From Blastocystis sp. subtype 4 (taxonomy: Eukaryota), in assembly GCF_000743755.1 (NCBI RefSeq), contig NW_014569530.1, positions 1 through 64,000 of the forward strand: a stretch of DNA of 64,000 nt, written 5' to 3'. A program made the translations under genes and the position numbers. Shown here piece by piece: positions 35,215 to 48,200 of this stretch (positions are counted from its first letter, which is position 1; each line of letters opens with the position of its first letter). Under the pieces are notes generated by a model that ran no database searches, was not told the origin of the DNA, and saw only the letters and a program-made list of their open reading frames with translations.

Positions 35215-37341
35215 CTAGACGAGTTGTCGAATAACCTTAATGAGCTCCACATTCGATGTTTCATCGAATGTCGCTTCCACCAGAATCATTGAGATAATCG
35301 AATGGTATAATTCAGCAGTAACATTATCCTTTTCTACAGCTACTGTCAACATCATCATTGAACGTAACAAGGTGACAATCATCTGATATCCACACTGAGT
35401 CACCAATGCACACAATCCATTCAGACAAGAATATTCAGATCTCATCTGTGAAGTAATGGAAATAATCAACTTGGTGACTTCCAACAACTCTTTCTTCTCC
35501 TTCTCACTACATTGGAATCGAGTTGTCATCACTTTTCTAAGTACTGTTGATATGATGAACTTATACCATTCCAACGAATTCTTGCCTTCTGTTAACACTA
35601 CCTACACTGAATCCTTATCACTAACATACCATCTTCAACATACGTCGTATTGAAGCGTACTGAAGCAATGGAGCTAGTATGCCCAGATCAGGATAACAGG
35701 GAACTTTCAATAAATAATCATTCTCAAACGATTGCGTGACCGTAGCTGGATTCAGACGAACTCTCCATAAGTCCGAGAGAGGATGTGCCACTTCAATCAG
35801 AGATACATGATACGTGATCTTTCTTAGAACATCCTCCAGAATTGGATCCAGATCTGTCATTGCATTCATGATAGCTGCCTCTGACAAAGGAATGGCTACT
35901 TTCAATACATCATACTTGGCTAAAAATGAAATGAATGTAATAATATGAACAGTCAAAGTAGATATCCAATAAATACTGACACAATAGAATCACAGTTGAC
36001 GATGATCGTTTGACTTCACCAAATATCCCTTGCTTACATTGCTGAACGATGTTATTCCACTCTGAAGGATTCGTTGCTGCCAAATAAGTGTTGTAGAAGA
36101 GACAACGCAAACAAACAATCAGATACTTCTGAGATGACTCTGTGATCTGGCTCAATACTTGCTTTGGCTCAATCATTCAATAAGTTCGTACGTATTGATT
36201 AGGATAATCAAATAACTGATCCAATACCAAGTAAGACAAATCAGGATTACCTTTCCAAATTATCGAAATATTGGTCTACCTCATAAACCCATAATTAATG
36301 TACAGTTTTCTTCATTTCAAACATTCGCACCAGAATCGTTTTGATCATTACTTTAGAATCCTTTGGATATTTCTCCATTATTTGTTCCCAATACTTCTCA
36401 GATATAAGAACAGGAGATATTACAACCAGCTGGATCATCACCTCTATTAACGCGGGTTCAACAAGCAACGATAGAATTACCTTTCCAGAATCCGGAACCA
36501 TTTGAATGATCGATACCAATGTGGTAATGTCATCTTTTGTTAATGCATGAAAAGCCGAAAATTGTGCAGGTAAAGATCCTAATAATGTTACTAATGACTG
36601 GAAATGAGCTGAGTTGTTACAGTCATGAACATAGTAGTGCATACCAGCCAATAACCAATTGGAGTATCTGTTTGCATTTTCACATGATACAGCATAGAAA
36701 TCAGTGTTAAAATTCTTGGTATCTAATAACTTCCTGAGAAAGATATCAAAGTAATTGTTAAGAATGTATGAAGGAATAAAAAGGAATAAAAAGTGAAGTT
36801 TCTGATCATCCAATTGAAGATTGTTTACCACTAATCTATTGTTGAGGTAATGAGCAGCCAATGTCAGTTGAGGGTACTTGACACAAGAGAACATCTTATT
36901 TTCATACACATAGAGCAGGGACTTAAGAACCCTTACCCATAATTGTTGATCATCGGTTGCAACAACATAGTCGCAAAATAATGGGCAATTCTCGGAAATA
37001 GCCAAAAGTTTTCCCAATGGACAATTCTGAAGATAAAACAACACCATCTTTTGGATGGCCAAACAAATATCTCGAGATACTACTTCAATCAATTATTCAA
37101 GATACTTACAATTGCAATTCATAATTTGAATCAAACTTACTAATACATCCACTGATAACTGCTTTTTTCGTCCTGCCTCATAGGCCATTAGATATTGAAG
37201 GACATCTACATCAAGGATCTATATAAGATAGTACCTCCCTATTCATCAGCCATCCTTTTCATTATCTACCTTCCTCTCAATCTTCGCTAACACTATCTCT
37301 AAACTATCGAGTTCAGCATTTAAATCATAGTTTGCTATCAT
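35215..37341 (-). CDS. Uncharacterised alpha-helical protein (start uncertain)
   Basis: Chain of 88-265-aa Leu-rich ORFs separated by ~30-nt GT-AG introns. Confidence 0.55.
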
Positions 37342-37621
37342 GACTGAATTATTTGTGATTTTTCATTGTTACCAATGGAAGATAATTACTACTTCCATAT
37401 TTTGTATACGTTTCATTATCTTTTTCATATTATGGGATCAATAGAATTCTTATCACTGGAGTATCTTTTCTATATGTTGCTCACTCTATAATGAGTAACA
37501 AAGATACCATCTAGAGTTCATTTCAGTCCATCTAGAGACATAAGATGACTGTCAACACGAAGACTACCTCTCACAGTTATTGCACAAATCTGTTATCAAC
37601 TCTTCTTGCAAACAAACACAC

Positions 37622-38596
37622 TTACTGTAAGGTTGACTGAACCGGAACCTGCACTGGTCCCTGATTAGCTAAAACTCCCACACTCGAGGCCCCAGGGACA
37701 ACAACTACCATAGTTCCTGGACCCATCCGAATCACAGGAAGGATTGTTGGACTCTCATTTTGCCTCCAAGGGAATTGGACGGCCATTGCTTCAGGGAAAT
37801 CGGCTGGATCTGAATATTATCATTATCTACAACAAGAACCATTTAACGGAGGAATTGCCATGATGATGCAAGGAGCAGGATATAAAAGAGCCATTCCGCT
37901 ATTCATTTGGTTACTAGATGAAAACGATGATGAAGAAGCAGCTGTCTTTAAGAGACCTGAATACTTCGTTCCCTGTGAATTCAAAGGTTTTCCATCTCCA
38001 GAAACAGTCCCTGACGAATTAGCATTCATAGAGTGATCGCTATTTAAAGGAGGAAACTCATCTACGCATTTCATGCACCTCCATCAGCTACACAACGAAT
38101 AACCCTTTGCTACATACCGAAGTTGATTAGGTTGGACAAAGATTTCCTTTCCAATATTCTTTGGAGATGTAATTGTGAGTTGGACAAAACTTTGTACTTG
38201 AGTAACGATTGCTGAAACTACATCAGTCTACTTCTTAAGTTATAATTTTTCATCTGGTACCTCATATTGAAGGGTGACGAGATCATTAACCTCAATAGGC
38301 ACAATCTGATTCTGTCGAACTGTTTAATTACATTTCGAGCAATATTGAATACTTTTCTTTTCTAATATCTTCACTATATTGCAGCTAACATCTTCAATGG
38401 TGTCTGTTCCTTCCAATCGAAGCCTAACACTGTCTAAATTGAGTTGTAATGCACGACCTCTCCTCCACTCATTCTATTCCTTAGTCTTACAGAGTTCGAA
38501 TACATCAACCAGTATTTGAATGGTATCGTCCTTACTAACGACTTGCATCCATCTTTTATCAAAAGATGAGTAAACGTGATAAGGTGGATTACTCAT
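37622..38596 (-). CDS. Uncharacterised protein with Pro/Gly-rich C-terminus
   Basis: MSNPPYHVYSSFDKRW... multi-exon; ends QSTLQ TAA followed by GTG TGTTTGTT. Confidence 0.55.
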
Positions 38597-38663
38597 CAAA
38601 AATGAATTGCTTAACAAACAACCGCTATGACACAACTACTCTCTCTACCACAAAGGAAGACAC

Positions 38664-41600
38664 CTAAAGGATACTACACCTCTTTTTGTCCTCACTTCCC
38701 TCCTCCGCCTCCACAACCACTTCTTCGTCCTCTTTCGACTCGTGCGTATTGAACAGACTTTGAACACTCACATCCTTCACATCTTGACGTATATAGAACA
38801 GAATATAAGCATTGTTCGATTGAACATTCGCACTAGACAACAATCGCACTTGAGCATCGTTCATCAAATACCACTTCGAGTCTTGTGACTGGATGAAACT
38901 CACATAATGACCACTATCCATCGATCCAATATGATTGATCACTGCATACAAATCATATTTTGTGCATGTACTTCGATGATCGGGAATCGGCTATAAATGA
39001 TCTTTGCTCTGAAATCCTTACATGATTTACGACATTCTTCTTGAAGTTCTCCCAATCTTGCTCTTGTTTTTGATATACTTCATTAATCTTCTTGGATGAT
39101 GCCGACTGTTCAGTGGTTCTTGTCCGAAGACCCCCCAATAACTCCCAATATGTCAGATCTGCCTTACCCACATCAGGCTTATTTCGCACAATATACTCCT
39201 CCAAATCCAGATCAGTTAACGGATAATCAATATTGGATTGATGTTTCACCCAACCACCATGAACTTGCTTGAAGCGTGTGAGATGAATAATCAAGATTGG
39301 AGGAGGTCGATAAATCTGGAGGGAAAGATAATGATTGGTTATCACATGACACTACAATCAAAAGAAGGAAAAACACATACATGTTCACATCGAATACGCT
39401 GTTCATCTTGGAGAATTTCTGTTTGAATATATTTCTGAAGACATTCAGCAAGTAGAATATTCTGCTTCCCCGTAGAATCAACATCTTCGACAGAATTGTG
39501 AGTAATGCTGTTATCGTACATAATTTGATGGTAATGATCATTCAAATAACTAGAATCCCAATCAATTGCAATCTTTCTTGTTTGCGTCATACAATACAAT
39601 GGAATATCATCAGGCATAATCACACACCCTGTACATCCTTGAAGCCAGTGACATACACTACAAGATGTCCCAGAATTATCCACCAATTTCAACACAAATC
39701 CGTATAACTGACTGATATGACTCTGAACCTCTTCTTCTTTCATATATCCCCATTGCATTTCATCTTCAATACCTTGTTTCCTACGATGAGTCTTCTTTGA
39801 CCTGGTATGTTTGAAGTACTTTCCAGTAATGGTTTCAGTATCATCACTATCACTCATCAACATTGGATGTGACTCTGTAGATGAGGGAGTGGCTCCTGAA
39901 AGACACGAATGAGGAACAGAATCAGTATCAATGAAAGAAGCACATAATGGAGCTGAGATATGAACCGAGGTTGTACGTGTTAACTCAGGAGGAATAGCAG
40001 AGACTCTAGGCATCAGATTATGTGAGGATTGCATTGTATTGACAACAGTTTGCTAGACATGATTGCTACTCATTATACCTACAGCAATTGGATTGCTAAT
40101 TGTCTTCTTGAAATGCTTTGCTATATAATTATACAATTGTCTGCCTGTAACAAACTCAGGTACCATTTCTATTGCCTGAGGTACTCCTACCATAACAGGT
40201 GAACAATAACCCAAAAAGAACTCTTCATTCTATTCATCATGTCTTCTTAACAGGCTTACAATTCCATTATAACGTTGAATGATGTAGATCTTACGAGGTT
40301 TCACATGACGACGACAGACACAATCCAATGTCACAAACTCTTCTCGTTCTGAAGGGAACAAACGAATTGAATACAAACCAGGAGCTCCTGCAGGACCCAG
40401 ATAAATACCTTGCTGTAACTGCTGAGCACCATGTCTATTCATTAACGAACTACTGAGGAGTTACGCTTGATAGAAAATAAAATCGCCTGGAGACAACATA
40501 TATGTCTCACTATCTACGAGGTCTGTAACCAGGAGTCGACGTGTCACATGATCTGAGCACAATACTTCAAAACACAGATCGGTAAGTATATCACTCACAA
40601 CCCCTGTCAAGAGTTCTCCTGTTGATGAACGAAGACGCAATGAAACCTTCTGATCTCTTTTCAACTGACTTACCGTGTGAAGTTGATAATACTGAGAACA
40701 AGCGTGGGATCCCAAAAATTCTCCTTGCGGAGGTAGTACAAATACCACGAGACTTTCATTAGGATCGTGAGGTTCATATTCACTCAAACGGAACGAATCA
40801 TCGTACTCCTGTACCACATTGCTGTTAACCATCACGCCCAACAACAACCGTCTATCAGCCAGATTGAATGAGGAGTCGAGGTCAACTAGAGCCTGATGGA
40901 TGTCATGCAAAGATGAATCAACGGATACTCGAATAGAACACAGGATTGGAACTCGACCATTGGAATAACTGATAGTCAATGAAAGAGCTCGCATCTCAGT
41001 CTTTGGGACAGGAAGCTGAAGCATAGAAAAAGTCTCATATTTGGAACTATGATGACCACAAGCAGCACACTGTGAGAAGGATTTGAACTGACCACAAAAG
41101 AGAGCGGTGATAATCGTACATTGTCGGGCACAGTATAAATCCCAGTACCTTCGAGCCAATTCCTCTTCGGATAGATTCACATCACCCAATTCCACATATG
41201 GTTTCTTCAAGGTAAGATTCAAATCCTCACTTAGTCCCTAGTGTTTAATTCTATTCGTCTCTCTTACGTCCAGTATAATTTGAAGGACTTCCTGTGCATC
41301 ATGTTGTCCAAACCCACGGTAATCTCGATGTAACTCCCATAACTGATTCTTGAACTTACGAGGTGCAATAACCCGTTGCTGAGTTTGCCATAGCCATTGC
41401 ATCAATGAAGCAAATGCAGCAGCAAACTCTCCATGTAATCCTTCTGAACCCTCTGTATTGATATGATCAACATACTCACCAGAGAGGAAGTAATCTCGAA
41501 GAAGACGAGTGTGACAAAGACACTCCAAAGCGCTATTCATAAAACACGTATTCCCTAAATTCTCGAGACCCACTAGACCTTGTAGATCCGTACTACGATG

Positions 41601-43595
41601 CGAACGATGCACATTCGGCTCACCGAATGAGAATTTACCACTCTCATTCATCTGTTCAATGAGAATCATTGACTCTTCACATAATTCCAACTCCTCGAGA
41701 GTCTGTCGCTCATCCTTCAACAACACCACATCATCATAATTGTCCTCCAGCACCCACAAGCGACAACGACGAGGCTCATAATCCAGGATCTGACAGATTC
41801 GTTTCTTCACACGTTCTACTGTCTGCACTTTACTGGATAGGAGCTGGTCACAAGGTTTGGGGATTCCTTCGGCATTTAAGGTACAGATGTGAAGAAGGAG
41901 AGGATAGAGCTCGAGTTCCAACTTCTTGTTATAAGCCTTGATAACACGTCGACTAATAATTGGGCCCCCTCCATACCAGTGATAGAGTGCATCCCACAGT
42001 GGTTCTGTAATGATCATATACTCCTTCTTCTCTGTTAAATTCGCATGCAGACGCAACTGATCCCGTTCCAGAAGATTTGAGTTGTTAATGGAGCCAGGAC
42101 GATGCGCATGGAGAACCCCACCCGCATCGTTACTGTTGATGTACTGAATCCAATTAGACCACCATGTTTTGGCAATCACAAAGAACAGTTCATTTGCCAC
42201 CAAGTTATCAGGATCAAAATCTTTGTATAATCGTTTATATTCCCGTAATTCCTCTTCTCGAGATGCTACTGCGTTGAAGGGGGTACGTAGTTGGTGGGTG
42301 AGGAATGAATAGTGATTTGGATGTTGGGCCAACCAATTCAACAAATCATTTGTAGAAATCACGCGCTGACAGATGGGTTTGGTACTATGAATGTTCTCAA
42401 AGATGGCATCTACAAGTGCCACAACATTCTAGATGATCATATGCAACGACATACATACAGAGTGCTGTGAATTGTCATCTTGACTCAAACGTCTTCGGAC
42501 ATGAATTCTCATATCCTCCTCCTCTTCCTCTTCCTCTTCTGTACCAATATCAAAGCTATTATCAATCCCAAACATTAGTACTCCTGAGGAGAACAACTGA
42601 ACCAAATCCGAATGAGTGAACTGATCATTTGCTTTTCGGGTACGCTGGAAAATATGGAGAGCGGCCCGCATTCGCTGATCCACAGGATCATGACAGAGGA
42701 GACACATGGCCGCTACGACCTCATCCACATTCATGCGCTGTTGATCCTTGGAAAACTCTAGGAAAATACTAGATATGAATGCATTTGTCTACACTTACCT
42801 TAACGACAACTCGTGAGAAAAGAACTTGGACATCTCTGATAACCATTGCGTCTTTGTAATGTATCCCTGATTAGCACTCCGTGAGAGAATCCCGTAAATC
42901 TCCATCAAAACAGAAATCGATACATCTCGCATCTGACCATAAATGAGATTACGACGAGTTGTGTAATACTGCTTCGATAACTTCGCATTTCCTGTTGTCT
43001 CATCATCGGCTAGCTGTTGGCGCAACTCGCAAGCTTGTTCGACTTGCATGCGAAAGAGATTCAGCCAATAGATGACCGGACAATTCGGATATTTAGAGCA
43101 GAAATCGAAAAAACGATCCCAGGAGACATATTCATCACCAGATGCCTTGGGATCAATTCCCATGCATTCGAGAAGTTTCGACTCACACCATTCCATGTCT
43201 TTTCCTGATTTTGATACAACACTCTGGAATAACTGCAGTACAGAACTGACTGTTACCTCAGGTGTCCTCCCTATCCGTTGTAACATACTATACACAAGTT
43301 GACATTTCTCTTCATGATTTCCGTTAATAATAATATATGCCATATAGTAAAATGAGTCTTCAGTAACGCAATTCTTAGAATCTGGATCCATACACTCAAA
43401 CAATGAATCAATAATGAAAATTGGCATATTCGCAAAGCGTTTAAGCACATCCTCAAAGAAAACGCGTTTCGACACAGAATTCGAATCTTCGTTACTCAGT
43501 GCCAAATACCATGACTCGATATATCCCTTTTGGGTATTACTTAACTTCTGTAATATGTCAATCTTGGTTATTTGTTTCCCTTGATTATTACCCAT
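38664..43595 (-). CDS. Ubiquitin-specific protease, USP32-like (EF-hand-like region, DUSP, UBL, USP)
   Basis: MGN myristoylation-like start; DUSP WWSNW..PGSINNSNL..WYGGGP; Cys box GLENLGNTCFMNSAL; QHDAQE; His box YAVINHIGSMDSGHY; AYILFY. Confidence 0.93.
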
Positions 43596-43765
43596 AGTTG
43601 GTTCCTCTAGTAGAAGATATTACACACAGGACACACAATCTACAGCTTCTCCAGAATAAGAAGAAATCTATTGAGGGGAATCCGATAGTCACGGTTCTTT
43701 GTGGATAGTGACACAAAACAAACAACTCATTCATGTTTTCATCTCCATTCGCTAAAGTAACAAAA

Positions 43766-45137
43766 TCAGTTCAACAGAGTCTCGAGTGATTCGCTGCGGA
43801 CCGTACGGAATACCGAATTCTACATCTCAATTCAGTTCCATATTCATACCCGCAATTTCTCTGCTGTAAAAGAAACATACTCCTCATTCTTGATGTACTT
43901 TCGTAAGGCAGTTTTGATTTGATTCGAATCTTGTAACACTAATACTCACATGAACACATTCACCCCTACCCTGTTCACAATGGTCATTATCGACAAACAG
44001 TACTTGAGAAGGTAATGAGAGGAGATTGTCGCCAGCTACTGGCATATAAACCTTCTGATTGAGAACCATCTCTTTCTTCATATCAGGAATCTTCTCTGCA
44101 TTGACAGCAACACCAGCGAATACACGTGAAATGCCATCACGACATAACACCGTATGATTTTCACAAAAGAGTTGTTGATGAAGAGTGAGAGGAGTGATCA
44201 AACTGTCAGAGAGCCCAAATACACACAAAGGGAGACCATCCGAAGAAAGCAGAGTACAGCATGGGAGAATACACTTTGTCAGAGGTCCTTTGATTGAAAC
44301 GGAATTAGTCTTGGATTCAGCATTTACCGGCACATCGACCATCCCACGCTCACGATCGTAATACAGTTCAGTCGCTTTCACTACCTCCTACAACATTACT
44401 TGCAATTATCACTCTCACTTTGATGATATTCTCAATCGAAGCATTCCCACTTACGAGTACAGTCAGTGCACGGGAGTGAGGATCTTCACCGATTGCAGTG
44501 AAGGTTTGGGGCATTCCTCTAGCAATGATGAGTCCTAGTGGATGAGGTGTCTGTGGGTGGCGAAGAGGCATTCGATGAAGCAAGTTCTTCATAGCTAAGG
44601 CTGTTGCAGGATCGTTGGTGACACTGCGGATGCGGACCTCCAACAAACGGCCAGAGGACACAGCAGCGTCTTCAACATAGAGATTTGGTACCTGAGAAAG
44701 GAACTCCTTGATATTATCAGAGAGTTCCTCAAAATCCTTTGTACTCTCAGGTACATCACTTCCATAAAGATAGGACCGCTTGCAATAAGCATTCTTATTG
44801 TCGTCTGTAATACATTTCAGATGACTAAATAAGCAATCACGACTTGGGTTGCGGAAAGCGTTTCCCCACACAGTAAACCACTCACTTGCCAACGACCAGT
44901 TCAGCTCATAATCCTTACCCTCTTTTTCCCTGGGGAAGTTCTAGAAAGTGATATTCACCTAAAAATAAGTACAAGGAGATCTGTATCATGAAATGGCTCG
45001 AACTGGAAAATGTCCTTTGTTTTCATATTGGTTATGTGGTCATACTTATCAAAAGTAGGAACACACTCAATATTGATGACACGAGCAAAGGCACGACGTA
45101 GAATACGTACAGGTGATACCTTCGTCAAAAAGCTCAT
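43766..45137 (-). CDS. PEP carboxykinase (ATP)-like protein with degenerate active site and mitochondrial-type presequence
   Basis: MSFLTKVSPVRILRRAF; FPREKEGKDYELNWSLA; LYVEDAAVSS..EVRIRSVTNDP..AL; P-loop position reads VFGLSDSLI instead of FFGLSGTGKT. Confidence 0.7.
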
Positions 45138-45198
45138 GCAGGAGATTCTCTCGAATGGAATTGTAGCCATTTGATTCTATGGCGCAATTCGGCAATCC

Positions 45199-45214
45199 AT
45201 AGGGCATGCCCTAT
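45199..45214. promoter_or_regulatory. 16-bp perfect palindrome in divergent promoter region
   Basis: ATAGGGCATGCCCTAT between the PEPCK-like and giant surface genes; regulatory role inferred only. Confidence 0.5.
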
Positions 45215-45274
45215 TCTTCGTTTTCTTCATCAAATCGCATATCTTAGTCACTATTTCTACAACATCTGTGAAGA

Positions 45275-48200
45275 ATGACATGGTATCGACCGTTTGTTGT
45301 TGAGATCCTACTTCTATTCGCAGCCTGTTGTTCTCTGACTGTCACTTTTCGTGATTTTGTTCCCCAAACATATAGTCATGTTGAGTTAATATTGTGGTTT
45401 GATTTGTAGACGGATTGGCTATGTGATTCTTGTCTATCTGTCAACCAACACGAAGATTTCGGTAATTCGACACTAGGTGCAGATTATTTGGCTGTCTCGC
45501 CGTTTTTAGGAGAAGATCACACTCCAGTGTATTGTGAAGAAGGAACAGCAAGGGATTCGTCATGTGGACGTAGAGGTACGATCCATAGTATGTCATCTTT
45601 CAATTCTTGGTAATACTGATGGGGGATTCTCAAGTGAAGGTTTCACACATTGAATGGAACAAATAGAGAGTGTACAACTTCGATCGATGGGTTTTTCAAC
45701 GGGAAGTTATCGATCTCTGGAGAGTTACTTGAGAATGCTTTTACCCAATGTCCTCCGTCCTCTGTTTTTGGATGGAGCAGTCACGAGTCGTTGATCAACC
45801 ACAAGTTATGGTGGACTGCTGCTCTGGAAGAAAACATCACCATTAGTCAAGATCAGGTCTTGACAGTAACGTTGGAATTTGCATTTCTGATTATTTCTAG
45901 ATCGGATAGTGATGTGTTTGTATATTTGGATGATATGCTTCTTCTTGAGTTATCAGGAACACGCGAGACTCCAGAAACCAGCAAGATTGATTTAAGCACT
46001 ATAAACTTTGTGAATGCAATGTCTGATAGCGGAATATTTCTTACTTTTAGTTACCCATTACGTATATTTGTAGCAAGTAGACGTGCGTTTCCTCTTATTC
46101 TGACAATTTCCACAGACTTTGAGAAACTGTGCCATACAAGCCACTTTGTTACGGTATTTCAGTTAAATGACAAATATCAGAATGATGGTCAACTCTTGTA
46201 GATTTGAAGTACTGATGTTACTAATAGACCATATGATGATGTCTTGTCTTATCATTATGTCTACAACAGAAGGAATTCCATATCATTTGATTATCGTATT
46301 CATACTGAATCTTCATGGTCAATTCACTATTCATTTGATTACATTACTCTTGCTGCTCCTTTTCGGATTCTTCTTATGGGATCTGGTCCTAATTATTCGG
46401 ACTAGTTGTTATATCTGATATTCTTCAATATTAGTTTCAATCATCCCTTCCTCTCCATTACATTTGTTCAAACTCCATTGCCTACTATTCGAATATCAAG
46501 TCATTATCAACAGGTTGAAACCTTGTTAGGGATTTATCGAGGCACATTGGAGGAAAGTCCTATCTATTGTAGAGATGGCTACATTCGTTATGAATCACAC
46601 TTGAATCTTCTCCGTTTTGTAACTTATCATGAGGACGGTACTGAAGATACGTTTCTCACAATTCCACATTTCGTGATGTCTCAATATCTTGAAGTTCAAA
46701 TGTTCTTTCTCTTCCTTCTCCTAATCTCTAGGTTCTCTTTGATGTTGGAGATCCTTTATGAGGCCTCTATCACCTATCTTGATCCTCTATTGATTATCAG
46801 ATCATTTGAATTCCAACTTCCTGCTATCTCTCAACAGTATACCTATGTGGTAACTTCAACAGATGAAGCTACTGCTTGTACCATTGGTTTTTTGTTTCAA
46901 TGATAGATCTAACAATAGTTCAGACCCAGATTCATATGCGTGATTCATGTAATGCTCCTCTTCCTATCAATACGAATGATATTCCTCCCATTCGTATCTA
47001 TCGTTGTTACAACTCGTCCAGTTGTGTTGAACAGCTTTGTGTAGTGGAACTTCAGATGATTGGGGATTATAGTGTGGTAACTGTCACACATCGAGCATTA
47101 GTGGTATAGATTGAGGAAGGATTGAACAATAGACTGGAACATATTATTGGAAGGTCGAAATCGACGATTTTTCTGGAGTGACTATTATCACCACTTCTCC
47201 ATCAGTTATAGTTCACCCGTTACCTCTGTACTTGTTCCTATTGTGTATTTGAATAGATGTACTCGATATACCAGTATTCGATTGTCACCATCTCAATCTC
47301 TTCATGATAACGAGTTGATAATCACATCCAATCAAACCTTCTCCACAATTCTTGATACTCGAGATCATGCTAATAATAGGATTGATCTAACACAACTCTC
47401 TCTTTCGATCCTCATGGTTAATCTTCGTACAAATGTTTCTGTTTTACAAGAAGTGGATGTGATGGATCCTAATATGATTCTTCAATTGGAGACTGGATAT
47501 GAGGTGTATCATCGAATCTCCATTGAAGGAGTGTATGAGATTCGATTTATTATTGAATGCAGTTCAGTAAATCATCTTCCTTGTATATGACTTTAGTTCA
47601 TTCTTCCTCAACACATTAAGGTTCTACCAAGTAGTCCTGATCTTCAGTACTGTTCCAGTGTTGGTAATTTGCTGTCATCAAATCTATTTGTCAATTCCAC
47701 ATATTCACTTAATATTATCCTTCGTGATGGATCTAAGAATCTCTTCATTCAACGTATATCTCTTCTTATCCTATCATTCTAGCTATCTATCAGGCATCGG
47801 CTATCATTGATCATGATCTTGTTCTGACAGACTTTCAATGGACTTGGAACAACACCATGTTCCATTGCGAGTAGCTATTCAATGAGGTATTGACTCTAGT
47901 CTCTCCTGTCCTTATTCATCGTTTAGATCGCTCACCATCTTTATCACCTATGCCCAGGATCCAGTACCAATCTTTCATAAGTCTCTCTTCTTCCGATCTC
48001 CTCCTTCAGCTCCTTCACTTCTATGTACGTAATTCGTCTCACTTCCGATCGAAGATCCATTCTCATCGTCTCAATACATTGGTCAAGCCGCATCCATGTT
48101 AGTAGATCCTGAAAGTGAAGTGACAGTGGATGGAGAGCCAATTCGATTCCTCTCATTTGGTCATCCTCTCTATCAACTTGCTACACTAACACTGCATGAC

